Shown here in pieces: positions 21,493-32,982 of a DNA stretch of 64,000 nt. This stretch comes from Podarcis erhardii (taxonomy: Eukaryota). Both the position numbers and the translations under genes were made by a program. The stretch lies in the NCBI GenBank assembly GCA_964252035.1, contig OZ176204.1. One strand, given 5' to 3'. A model generated the notes under the pieces. The model saw only the letters and a program-made list of their open reading frames with translations, searched no databases and was not told the origin of the DNA. Position 1 is the stretch's first letter, and the number at the start of each line of letters is the position of its first letter.

Positions 21493-23359
21493 TTTATTTT
21501 TATTTTTTTTATAAATTTTTATTGGGTTTTTAAATTTTTTAACAAACAAACAAACATATAAAGACAAAACAAAACATGCATAACTTCATCACCTTACTTT
21601 CATTACCTTCTTTCATTGACTTCCCCGCACCCTCCCTCCCACATTCCAATTTCGTTGATTATCTCAGCAAGTTATTTCTCTCGTCCCTTAAATATTTCTT
21701 ATCTTTTCTTAAAGTTTATCTCATACACTTAACCCAGTTTAATTTATCCAACTTTACACAATTAGTCATTTCTCTAAGGGCGGCCTAAGTTTTCTCCCAT
21801 AAATTTCTCCCTTCTCATATTACACCAAGAATCATAATATAGCGATTCTAAATCTCAGATTTCAACTATTCTACTCTCCCCTCCCTCCCTGCCCCGGTTC
21901 TGTCCCTTCCCAAACCGATGTCCCAATAAGTTGGCTGTTTTAGCCCGGGTTTCTCACATCAGAGGCTCTTAAGCCCCAGTTAGTCTCTCTCCACCAGTTT
22001 TGTTGGTAGTCCGTTTTGTTGGCTCTCTCTTTTTGAAGAGGTTCTGTCACCAGCCCCTCATGTTTTTCTCCTTCCAAATCAGTCAATGTCAGTTTCTGCT
22101 CAGGACCGCTCAATCTCTCATACTCCAACCAGATGAAGAAGTCCCAATCATGCTTGTTTGCTCTTATATAGTCCAGTATTCCTGTTATTTCAGGGACTTC
22201 TTCCTTTCTCTCTCTCTCCTTTTGCAGATTTGCGATCCACTTGTCATTTCCTTTGTTTCCTTTGTTTCCAAAGGTTGCCGGCTTTTGGTTGATTTTTTCC
22301 ACCTGAAAATCCTCTCCTTCTTCCTCTTTCTTTTCCCCCAGTTCCAAAGTTATCTCATCCTCTGCAGCTGCAGAATTTTTTTCCATCAGCTTTGTATCAT
22401 TGGCAGAGATGCCCAGTTCCAGACCAAAAGTCTCCAGTTGTTTACTCATTGTAGTACTTTGCTCTTGTAAAGTTCCCACGAGAAAAAACATCCTTTGAAT
22501 CTCTGCCCACAGTTTCTCTTCTGCAGCCATTGCAATATCTTTAGTTCCCTCCAGGGGGGTTTCCATCATGATCCTATTCCAACAATCCGTTACTGTTGTT
22601 CCCTGCTACTTTGTTGTTCCCAATCACTTTGTTTCTAAAAGTTCAGTTATAAATGTAGCTCTTTTAACCCAAAAGGGGACTAGCAACACAGTTCCAAATC
22701 TTTTCCACTCGTTTGACAGCTCCTTTGACAGCTGTCAAACTCTTTGTTCTTTTTCCTCGGGCTCACACGCAGGGCGCTCCCGGGTCCAAGGGGGGGGGGG
22801 ATTACCAAAAAAGAAAAGCTTCCGAAATTCTACTCTTTTCCACTCCAGCACAAAAACTTATAATCCAATTCATGAGAGTGTCTATTTAAACACCAAAGTC
22901 TTTTCCGCCTTAGTGCTCCTCTCCTTGCTTTGAATCTTTCTGTGGGGGGGGGAGTGCAGACTTCCTTTTAACACCCCCCCGGTCGTACTCAATTTTAGGT
23001 ATAGAAATTTTAGTGCCAAAATTTCCTTCTACTCACGGGTTATTTGTTTCAGTCCGAATTTCAGGAAGAAAGATAGCGCTCTCCGGTCATGGCTCGCGGC
23101 TTCACTCCGCCAAGGCAGCGATCGACTCTCAGCGCCACGCCACTCTCCGGTCCACTCCGTAGCCTTTAAAAAGGCTCTTCGCGGGTCGGGGAGGGCGCTT
23201 AAGGTGCCCACCGAGTCTCCATGTCCGCAGGCTTCAGCGCCTGCGGTTTCTAAGGGTCCCCGTGTCGCCGGCACGGCAAGACCCGTCCTTGGCGGAGCCG
23301 ACTCCCTCCGGAGCTCAGAGGGAATCCGCCATTACCCCGTTCGCGCTATCCCGGAAGTC
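21493..23359 (-). mobile_element. Full-length non-autonomous L1-type (HAL1-like) retroposon, 1867 bp
   Basis: 16-17 bp TSD AGTGCTTGCTAGTTTT(A) at 21476-21492 and 23360-23376; TT/AAAA target site; CpG-rich 5' end starting GACTTCCGG; single 209-aa ORF; AATAAA (21518-21523, minus strand) followed by an A-rich tail. Confidence 0.85.
21940..22569 (-). CDS. Retroposon-encoded 209-aa Glu/Lys-rich ORF (ORF1-like position, function unknown)
   Basis: ATG-to-TAA uninterrupted ORF in the sense orientation of the TSD-flanked element; longest ORF in the window; no RT or EN motifs. Confidence 0.5.
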   Translation of the reverse strand: MMETPLEGTKDIAMAAEEKLWAEIQRMFFLVGTLQEQSTTMSKQLETFGLELGISANDTKLMEKNSAAAEDEITLELGEKKEEEGEDFQVEKINQKPATFGNKGNKGNDKWIANLQKERERKEEVPEITGILDYIRANKHDWDFFIWLEYERLSGPEQKLTLTDLEGEKHEGLVTEPLQKERANKTDYQQNWWRETNWGLRASDVRNPG

Positions 23360-23525
23360 AGTGCTTGCTAGTTTTAAACCTGATATAACCAAAGGACGGT
23401 CATGCAAGAATAAAATACCTGAACATTTGCAACAGGACAGGCAACTGTCCTTTTCAATAAGTGGGTATTGAGAATTGATGAGTAGCACTAGCCTCTCTGC
23501 ATTTGATTAAAGTAGCCCATGATGA

Positions 23526-23892
23526 AAGGGACGCGGGTGGCGCTGTGGTCTAAGCCACTGAGCCTCTTGGGCTTGCCGATCAGAAGGTCGGCGGTTCGAA
23601 TCCCTGCGACGGGGTGAGCTGCTGTTGCTCGGTCCCAGCTCCTGTCAACCTAGCAGTCTGAAAGCACGTCAAAGTGCATGTAGATAAATAGGTACCGTTC
23701 TGGCGGGAAGGTAAACAGCACTTCCGTGCGCTGCTCTGGTTTCGCCAGAAGCGGCTTAGTCATGCTGGCCACATGACCCAGAAAAACTGTCCGTGGACGA
23801 ACGTCGGCTCCCTCGGCTAGTAAAGCGAGATGAGTGCCGCAACCCCAGAGTTGTTCACGACTGGACTTAACTGTCAGGGGTCCTTGACCTTT
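23526..23892 (+). mobile_element. Full-length Sauria SINE
   Basis: Box A TGGCGCTGTGG (23538-23548), box B GGTTCGAATCC (23593-23603), acctt-type tail; 13-bp TSD TAGCCCATGATGA (23513-23525, 23893-23905). Confidence 0.92.
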
Positions 23893-25439
23893 TAGCCCAT
23901 GATGATCGCCTAGGTAGGAGTTTGATTAAAAGAACGACGAGACAAAAGCTTTGGATGCCCAGGAATGGACAAAACCACTGAGGAACTAATCAAGATTTAT
24001 GTGATTTATGCCTTCTGTGGAAATATCTCAGAAGTCTTTCATCATTCTGTTATGTCCAACAGAGGGCATGCAAGGCCAGCATCAGTGAGGCTGAACCAGG
24101 CTCATTGTCATGGTGTGATATCATCAGCTCCCATTGTCCTTCCCACCCCTACCTTCTACTACGGCTTTTGTGAGCAGCAGGGCTGCAGATGTGGTGACCC
24201 ATTGCTCCACTAAGCCCCACCAGAGAAGAACAGAGTTTGGGTTGCACCCTAACTAAGCAACAGGTTAACAAATGGCAAGATAGTATTCCCACTGACTAAC
24301 AATAAAATTAAGGGCAATACTCCCATTTACTAAATACTGTACTTTTGCTGGATGTTTCGACTTCATTTAAAAACTTGAACTGATGAGGCAAAGAGTCATA
24401 CTTAGAAGTCTCATTGAGTCCAATGGAGATTATTCCCAGTGGGTATAGGATTGCAGCATGAGGCTGCAATCTAATTATAGTTATTTAGGACTAAGTCTAC
24501 TTGAATTTAGTGGCACTTCCAAGTTAACATGCACAGCAGGATAGGGTTACAGGACTAATTGATCAGGAAAATGGCACAGAAAACGCGTGATTGCCCTACC
24601 TAATCACAACTTTCAGATAAACAACCCTGAGCAGAAGAATGGAAGATGGCATAAGAGCAGCAATGGAAGGAAGGAAAACAAGTGGCTTCTAGGGCTTTTC
24701 TGTTGTACCAGAAGTTTGTTAGGGGATCAGCATATGCCAGTAGGAGTCACTCTTGGCTTCTTAATAGATTTTAAAATAAATTAATGCAAGGCATTCTCAC
24801 AACCAAATATACCAATTATTTATTGTAGGTATCAATGTCAATAAAAATGCAGGTGGCGTGCTTACCCTTACATTATTTCTGTTTAACATATTTTCTTGTT
24901 ACAATATAATTAATTCAAATACCATGAGTCTCCTCAAGTTTGAAAGAACACAAATCTGAAGTTAGTATAGCCAAATCAATTTGTTGGGCTAAAATTGAAT
25001 TATATTGTAAGCATGAGAACTACAGCTAATTTTTATATTTTAGTGGTACACAGTTGATGTATTTAGATATAATTGTCACAAGCAAATTAAACCATCACAA
25101 TTAAAAAATGCACCCAACAACAATAGCATACAAGACAAATATGGTTATAACCCAACCTTCTATCAATTCCTTCATTACAGTATTCACATGTGCTACATTT
25201 GTGTACATATAAACTGATGGAACTCAGTAACTCAGAAGGAGAAGTGGAAATTGGAATTTTGCACTCACAGATCACACAAAAGTACCTCAAGCAGCATGTC
25301 GTTGAGCTCTGCTTCATATCGAGTGATACCAGAATTTAAATTTGCCTATTATAAAATGATCCCAAACTAACTACTTGTCTGTGGATTGCATATTCATAAC
25401 TACCAAGCTACTGTTATTATATATAGGCCTGGAATATAT

Positions 25440-25610
25440 CACACTTTAATTTAGCACAGCTATTTAATCTCATTTGTCCTCACAATAACCTTAACAGTCC
25501 CATTGTTATTACCATTTTAGAAGCTGAGGAAAAATCTGTCTATCCCAAGCCCATGACTGATCAAGGATCTGAACACAGACTTGCTGTGTCTAATTTCTGT
25601 ATTTCTGCCC
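25440..25610 (-). mobile_element. MIR-like SINE remnant
   Basis: aatctcatttgtcctcacaataacc...ccattttagaagctgaggaaa resembles the MIR core. Confidence 0.55.
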
Positions 25611-27099
25611 TACACTTTTAGTTCTAGATTTATTTTATTCTATTTTACATGGAATAAAAGTAGCTCTGAGGTCAAAGCAGTGTTTTAAGCTATAATCATA
25701 TGCACGCTTACAGTACAGGCCCATACATGCCTACTGAGAAGTTAAGTCCTATTGAATTCAATGGAACTTGTACACGTGTATAGGATTGCAGCCTCGCCCT
25801 GGGAGTAAACTTCATTGGATATGGTGGACCTTATTGCCCAGTAAATATGTATAGAATGGAGCTGAACAAATTAGCCACCACACCTTTAGCAAAAAGCAAA
25901 TAGAACTGTAGAGAATTCAGTAAAATTCTATTTAGGGTCATATTTATTCCATCTGATTGCCTGACCACCTAAGGCAGGGCTGGACTTATCAACAGGCAGA
26001 TTGGGGTGGCCACCTCAAGCTGCAGATCCTGGGGTATGGGGATAGTCACCCAGCTCTGTTGGAGGACAACTGTGTGTCATGAGACCTGTTCTGAACCAAA
26101 CCTTGCCTGGTACTCTCAGGAGCGGTGGACGATGTGTGTCCAGGAGGGGGCACCATCTTATATGGCTCAGGCAGCAAAAAAAAAAAAAAAAAAAAAAGAG
26201 GGGGGGGGGCCTGGCCTTGGCCTTTCTTCTAGGCAGCTCCTTGTTATGGAGCTCCCTCCAAAGGAAGATTTGGCTGGCCTCTAGCCTCCTTGGCAAAAAT
26301 GTATGCTTTTCTGGAGAGTTTGCTCTGTGCTGCTTTCTGCTTTTTATTTTCAAAACTTTTATGGCGGTCTATGTGTTTTTATTATGTCTATGGTGGGATT
26401 ATTAAAAACACCAACAACAAAACCAACTAGCCAAGGTACTCTGTGTCTCTTTCCATTTTGCCCCTCCAGTGTTATAAATTAGATACGTTTTGAGAACTGC
26501 TTTCAAATGGCAAAAATAATAATAGCATTTTCCATTGAAAGAGCGGGGAGCTGGGTACAATCAGGACTGATTCAGCTGCCCAAAAATAATAGTCAGTTAC
26601 ATGCAATGCTATGGGTGGGGGTTTTTTTTGGGGTGGTGGGGGATTTTGCCCCAGCATCCCTGTAAGGAACTGTAGACATCACGCCTCTTAGTTACTCTGA
26701 AGCCGCAAGAAGTTATTGGGGGCAACAAGAAAACAGACCCTGCCCTTTCTTCCAAATCCAGACTGACCACTAACCACTACTCTAGGTATTAGTGCTTAGT
26801 TCCCAAGGGTGCGACCCTAACCTCACTTACCTGGGAATAAGCCTCATTGCACTCTGCGGGGCTGACCTCTCAGCAGACGCATTTAGGATTGCGCGGTCAG
26901 ATGTGAAAATCCCAGGGTTTCCAAACCTGTCCAGGAGCCCCTGCCTAACCTTTGACCTGGAAGGCCTTCCCTTCATCCCGGATGTGCTCAGGAGGGATGC
27001 ATATGTGCATGTTTGCATGCAGCGGTGCGAGAAAGGAGGAGAAGCAGCCCCTGGCCATTCCCAAATGCGCTCTCCCTGCTGTTTCTCGTCCCCGGGTTG

Positions 27100-28000
27100 T
27101 TGCAGTAAATAAGTGCCCGGGGGCCGAGGAGGAATCGTCTGAATAATAGGAACTTTCATCGTCACTTAAACAAACCAGCCGCGAGATGCGATGCCGGTTT
27201 GATCGCATAGGCCCTGCGCTTTGACCCGAACCGGGAGAGCACGCTAATGTGAAGCAGATTGGCAGCCGGCGAGAGAGGCCCCGGTCACAAACCCGCCCGT
27301 CCACCCCCGAGCTGCTGCTCCGGCTTTAGCGCAACAAGAGCCCCGTAGGAGATGGGCGGAAGGCCGCTTCCAAGCCTTCGCTTTGCAAAGGCTGCTGCCG
27401 CTGCCTCTGCCTCCGCCGCCCCTTCCTTTCATTCCCCCAGAGGCTACGCAGTCCGCCCTGCTAACAGCAAGTGAGTGGTGGCTGCTGCTGCTGCTGCCGC
27501 TATTGCTGCTTGCAAGGGACTTGCAATTAGCAGGAGCCCGGCACGAGTTCAGCCCAGCGCCTTTCACTTATTCACTTATCATTTTATCATTTTATTTTAA
27601 TTCCAAACCCCTCCTATACTTTTTTTTTTTTTAAAGTAAGCCGCACTCGCTGAGAAAACAACCCAGGAAGTGACAAGCCCATTTCCTTTCTCCGGGAGGA
27701 TCAGTCCAATACAGCACCGCCGTTTCGGCAGGGGAGTCCTGGCGCAGCCTTGGCAAGATTGCGGAGCTTCCCGCAGGGACACACGCGCGACGGGGCGGCT
27801 TGGTAACGCAGGGTCCCAAGTCCTCTAGCCGGGGTAAGAGAAGGTGGCCTCTGAGCGCTTGCACGCGGACCTTCCCTTCTGCAAATCCTCTCTCCACCCC
27901 CCCCCCGTCTTTCTCCCTCGTTGGTCTCGTCCTGGGCAGATATTGTTACAATGTGTAGAATAGTAGAGCGGAGACACTTTCATTCCCCTCTCGGACAGAG
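27100..28000 (+). promoter_or_regulatory. FAM53B: CpG island, probable FAM53B promoter and non-coding first exon(s)
   Basis: CpG-rich island with ATTGG (27258-27262), CCCGCCC (27292-27298) and ETS CAGGAAGTG (27664-27672). Plus-strand donors at 27471, 27636 and 27834; no coding exon. Position fits the vertebrate gene order. Confidence 0.65.
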
Positions 28001-29340
28001 AGAGAGAAAGAGAGGCTTTCTTGATGGCTTGAGGTGGAAGCTATTTATTATCTGCTATTTCCTTCTCTCCCCCCCCCTCCCTCCTCCTTCTCCTCCCTCC
28101 TCCACTTTTCAGTTTTTATTTTGTTGGTGTTTGGGAAATTCTGCTCCCGCTTCCTTGCCGGTGCCTGGGATGAGGAGATGACAGGAGCGATCAGAGACAG
28201 GGGACCAAGTTCCTATTGCTGCTGCTACTGCAAAGGCTGCTATTGGCATTCCGGAAAGGAGCAAGCGGGGAATGCACGATGGTGATTGATCTGGGGTGTG
28301 TGCGTGCGTGTGTGCTCCTTTAACCCGGTTTCTAACTCCATCGTTCTGGGCTGTCATTATCAGCAAACAAGAGAGGCGAGCTTAGAGAAGGGACAAGAGG
28401 TTGGGGGGGGGGGGCTGCGATGAGTTTAGGAATTATCATTTTGTTTATTGAACTTTGCATGTGGACAAGGAAAAGGCTGCCTGCCCTGATTGATTGAACT
28501 GAGACCGTGCACTGGGGCTGCTGCTAACCAACTGGAAGTGTGCTAACATTTCCCCCCTCCCCCTCCTAGCTACCTCCCACCCCCACCCCTGGTTAGATAT
28601 GTTCCTTTTCTGTTTCTTTTTTACGTAGCCATAACTATAAATATGATGATGATAATTTGACGGGAGTGAGACTTTACTGTATGGATTGCATTTGCACATG
28701 GCAAAAGAATCTGCCCTTGAAAGGCTCTTTTAAAGTTAAGAGTTTTGCAGTACGTCATTGATTTGTCAGCTGTATGAGAGTTTAGTCCTCAGGCTTCATT
28801 TCTCTTTCCCCTTTCATGAAAATGTAGAAGTCGGCCTGGACACAAGCAGGCTGACAAACGCTTCCTTATTCATGAGTGTTTTATATCTCTGTTCATAACA
28901 GCAGTTGCCAGCAGTGTTTATGTCTGTATGTCCCATTTGCTCTTGCACCCCATATTTTTCACATTTTATTTTTAGCTCTTTTTCTCGTTTCCTCCTCTGG
29001 GATAATGTTTCTGCATACTGTGAGCCTCAGTGAGTGTACTGTGCATATGCTTGCATGGTGATTTTGTTATGCTTGATCAATGGAGGGCTGTCAATGTTCC
29101 AAACCACCATTATATCACTGGCAGTGTACTCAGATGTGACTTATATGTTTGCATGTATTCAGGTAGCTTATGCTTCCATTAAAACAAGCTCAGCATGAAG
29201 TTGGATTTAATATTCACTTTTTTGGGGGGGTGTAGTATGACTAACTAGCCTAACCAGATATCTTTTTTTAAAAGATAATCATAGATTAAATGTGTTACTT
29301 TCCTGAATTCTCAGTTACATCTTGCTTTTACAGAGCCTAG

Positions 29341-29445
29341 GGGTGGCATTCAACTAAGTTTTACTCCAAGTCTGTGAACGTGACTAAGTTAAATTCATTA
29401 ATTTCAATGTGTCTACTCTGGAAAAAAAGCAGTTGACCACCACCC
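29341..29445. mobile_element. Short palindromic MITE (GGGTG...CACCC termini)
   Basis: Same family as 40229-40346; 3-bp TAG direct repeat on both flanks. Confidence 0.6.
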
Positions 29446-29596
29446 TAGGTTTCTTATAAAGTTTGTTTTGAGTAGGTAAATGGATGTCATAGTATTGATC
29501 AACTAGCATGTTAATAGCATTGTACACATAAGCCATGTTACAAGTACTGATGAAAGTAACAGCACTCCTCGTTCTTCAGTGTGTCTTGGACTGTAG

Positions 29597-29599
<3 letters not shown>

Positions 29600-29637
<38 letters not shown>
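29600..29637. repeat. (TG)19 microsatellite
   Basis: Read directly. Confidence 0.95.
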
Positions 29638-29639
<2 letters not shown>

Positions 29640-32607
29640 TACACTCTTCAAGTGGTGGGGCAGGACACACAGGTGGACCACAACAGGGGCACTATCACTA
29701 TGCAAATATATGGCAAAAGATCAATAAATGGGTTCCCAAATGCATGTTTGGGTTAAAGGGGAATACTGGGTCTGAAAAGTTTCTAGACTCCTGCTCTAGA
29801 TGAACTTTGTGCAGATCAGATATTTGGTATTAGATTGGTTAACAGTTTGCAGATTGTTAGCACTGTAAAAGAAATCTTGAGGGAGACTGTAAAATCCGGA
29901 GCAGACTCCTCGGTTTCACAGCCCCTTTTTGGATCAAGGGAAATGGTGCCTTTTGCTGATATGATTTAGGAGTGTGCTCTCATATGTAGTCTTGGCAGCA
30001 CAGCAGACGTAGTCTGCTTGATTACAAGCTCTGCCCTGTGTTCAGGAGACCACAGTGCAGTTTGACTATAGGGAAAAGATACAGAGCCAACTAAGCAAGC
30101 GATACTGTGAGAGAACAGGCATGCAACCAGAGAATGGTACTAATTATGAAATTGGATGCATATTTGTTACAGGATTATGCCCCACCCCCAGTGTGAAGAA
30201 CACCTTATATTTGGCTTCACTGATTAATGTTAACCCACATATTCTCACTGGGTTAACGAAATAATTTATTTCCTTTTTTCTATCATTTTTTTTTTAAAAT
30301 CTGAACTGAGGAATGGTTTTGTTAAACATAAATGTTTGCATAGTAACAAAAAAATCAGAGTGCTTGTTGTTGTTGTTGTTTTACTGCCCTATGAGACAAT
30401 CCTATATATGTTTACTCATAATTAAGCCCCACTGCATTTAGTGGGGCTTGCTCCATAGCGTTTAAGACTTCAGCCTCTGTTTATTTGGGTTTTTCTTGCA
30501 AATGCCTTCACCAATACCTGCTAGATTATTTTCCTAGAATCTGAAATGCACAAGAAGACCTTTATCAGGGACAATCCAGTAAGGACAGATTAAACAACCT
30601 GTGTTTATTTGATAAGCAATTAGGTATTCAGCCAGAGAATGGAGTTGAGCTTTGCATTTTGAACTGAAACAAGTTAAATTTTCTCTCCACGTCAGTTGTG
30701 TGCAGCTAATGCATTTGGAGATTTGAGTTAATATCTACTTTTTTCAATGAAGCTGACACACTGACTACGGACAAGTTTCTATTGCTATGTCTTTGCAGGG
30801 TTCTTTTTTGATCGATGCCTGAAAGTGTAGGTGAGACTTGAAAGCTGATGGATGTTCCTCACAGCCAGATTACCATATGATGGTCCAAGGAGTACTGGGG
30901 AGGTGCCCAGGACATCCTAAAATTATCACTCTTATGTGATTACCCATCCATCTATCAATTCAATAGTTTCTCTCTAGTAGTTGGCATACTTCCATATTTC
31001 CTATTCATACTGAAACTACATTTTAGAAGATGTCTTCCAAATCATAAGTTAGAAATATTCCAAAATCTGGTCAGTTCAGAACTGTAGAACGTAAGGAAAA
31101 ATAATGTTGTTAGATCCAACTGACAGTTGGAGAGCAATTACTTGACATGGCTGCAAAACTATGGGCAACATACTTTCATTGCCTACTTGCTCAATGGAAA
31201 TCCGCTTGCAGAGTAGGAGTTTCGGTTTCTCTTCTCCATCCTTTTCACGTGCCCTCAAATCTGCTTGGACAGAATCCAAATGCTCCAGAGTAGATGTTGG
31301 GGTTCAAAGAGGTGTGTGTGTGCTCTGACCCTGTCTATTTTGCCCTTTGCTATACTGTACCAGAGTCCAGTTTTCAGCTGGGTAATTCAATTGGCCGATC
31401 TGATTTTTAAAAATATTAAGTGGTTTAGAAATGCTTTTAAATAATATTACGCTAAGATAACAATTTCTCTCCAAGTAATACAATATGAAATAATTAAGGT
31501 TAGTGGGGCACAGTTTTCCATGTAGCTAACACATGTGTCCTTGGAAACCTTTGGCCACTTTCACTCAGATTGGAAGTAGACTTATCTCTATATATATTTC
31601 TGTAGAGAAATTATTTTTAAAGCAAGCCACAATTTATTATGTAATATGTTGATAAAAGGAGGCTTCAGCTTTAGATTCGACCCAGATGTTAAAGGTTTTC
31701 TTTCTAAATGCTTTAAAAATAATAATACTGGTGATCATAAATACCACACCAGGTTTAAAGTGACTTCCAAGCTGCAGAAAGTAATGTTGGCTTGCAGTAA
31801 TCAGGATTTAAAACATTATCTACTCCAGGAGCATTTGGTCTCTCCTCCCGAAATCCTATTTAATTCCATTCACTTCTCAAACACTCAATTTTCATGATTC
31901 TGCCTTGAAAGAATGGTTTGCTTTACAGTCGTGATATACATGGTGTCAGTGTGGCCTGACCTACCTCACTTGGTCATATGCTTTAAACATCATGGCTTTC
32001 GATATTTGCAAGGAAAGAAAATGCTTCTATATCCACTTTCAACAAATAAAATGCACACGGTGATTTCGTAGCTGATTGGAGAAGTGGTCATATAAATGGG
32101 CTAGCAGTAGAGCCAGTGGAGTGATCAATAAAATGTAATAAGTGAAATGCAGCTCATGTTTGTATGGCTGCCGCTTAAAAATCTGGCATAGAGTTTGTTC
32201 TCCTTTCTTCTCAGAGGTAATGCCGTACCACAATATTTCCACTGGTTCATGAATGGTTGCTTTGCATTGAGGTAGTACTACATACATGGATATGTGTATT
32301 GAAGTTGGGCTTTGTACATATTCTGCTTTAGATTCAGTTCTTTCCGTACAATCTTGCAATATATTTAATTCTGTCCCTTTTTTCTATTTTTGTTGTCCTA
32401 GTATTTATTGCACCAGCAAACAGTGTTTTACAGAATAGCAAAAGTATATAAAAAAGCCCTCATTCTGTTTAAATACCAAAGAGTCTTGCAGATCTTTAAG
32501 GTGGCCTGAGGCCCTTTTGTGGTCTAGACTCCACTTCATCAAGTAGCTGATGAATGTTTCTGCTGTGAAACATTTGTCAGGTTTTTTTGCTACATAGTTT
32601 GTACCCT

Positions 32608-32786
32608 CAGTGGCGTAGCGTGGGTTGTCAGCACCCGGGGCAAGGCAAGTAATTTGCGCCCCCTAACCCATGGATTTGCGCCCCCAACCCGTGGATTTGC
32701 GCCCCCTAACCCGTGGATTTGCCCTAACCCCAGATGTTGCGCCCGGTGCGGCCGGCCCCCCCTGCACCCCCCACGCTACGCCACTG
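32608..32786. mobile_element. Young hAT MITE with internal tandem repeat
   Basis: Perfect 17-bp TIRs CAGTGGCGTAGCGTGGG; perfect 8-bp TSD TGTACCCT (32600-32607, 32787-32794). Confidence 0.93.
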
Positions 32787-32819
32787 TGTACCCTTGGAAG
32801 TTTTGTTGGTAAGGGTGGC

Positions 32820-32960
32820 AGTGGTTAATCTGTGCCCCCCGCGTGTTGCTGGCCCTACAACTCCCATCTCTTAAGAACTGGCCTTGCTGCCTGCGGCTGA
32901 TGGGAACTGGAGTTCAAAACATCTGAAGAGTAGGACGTTAACTGGCCCCAGCTTGGAGGA
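32820..32960. mobile_element. Degenerate hAT-type MITE (ctacaactcccatc family)
   Basis: tgttgctggccctacaactcccatc ... gctgatgggaactggagttcaaaacatctg internal inverted repeat, common in squamates. Confidence 0.55.
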
Positions 32961-32982
32961 AGTGTTCAAATCAAATCAAATA

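Noticed and set aside
23528-23610. tRNA-like boxes A and B
   Set aside because: These are the head of a Sauria SINE, with no cloverleaf and continuing into SINE body and tail; the same applies at 3891-3955 and 58186-58250.
26792-28366. Dense ORFs in the FAM53B island
   Set aside because: Low-complexity, GC-driven ORFs with no homology signal; FAM53B coding starts at 60879.
32652-32731. Regularly spaced ~22-bp repeats (CRISPR-like or interstitial telomere)
   Set aside because: The units are contiguous with no unique spacers and lie inside a TSD-flanked MITE; not a (TTAGGG)n array, and there are no cas genes in this vertebrate DNA.
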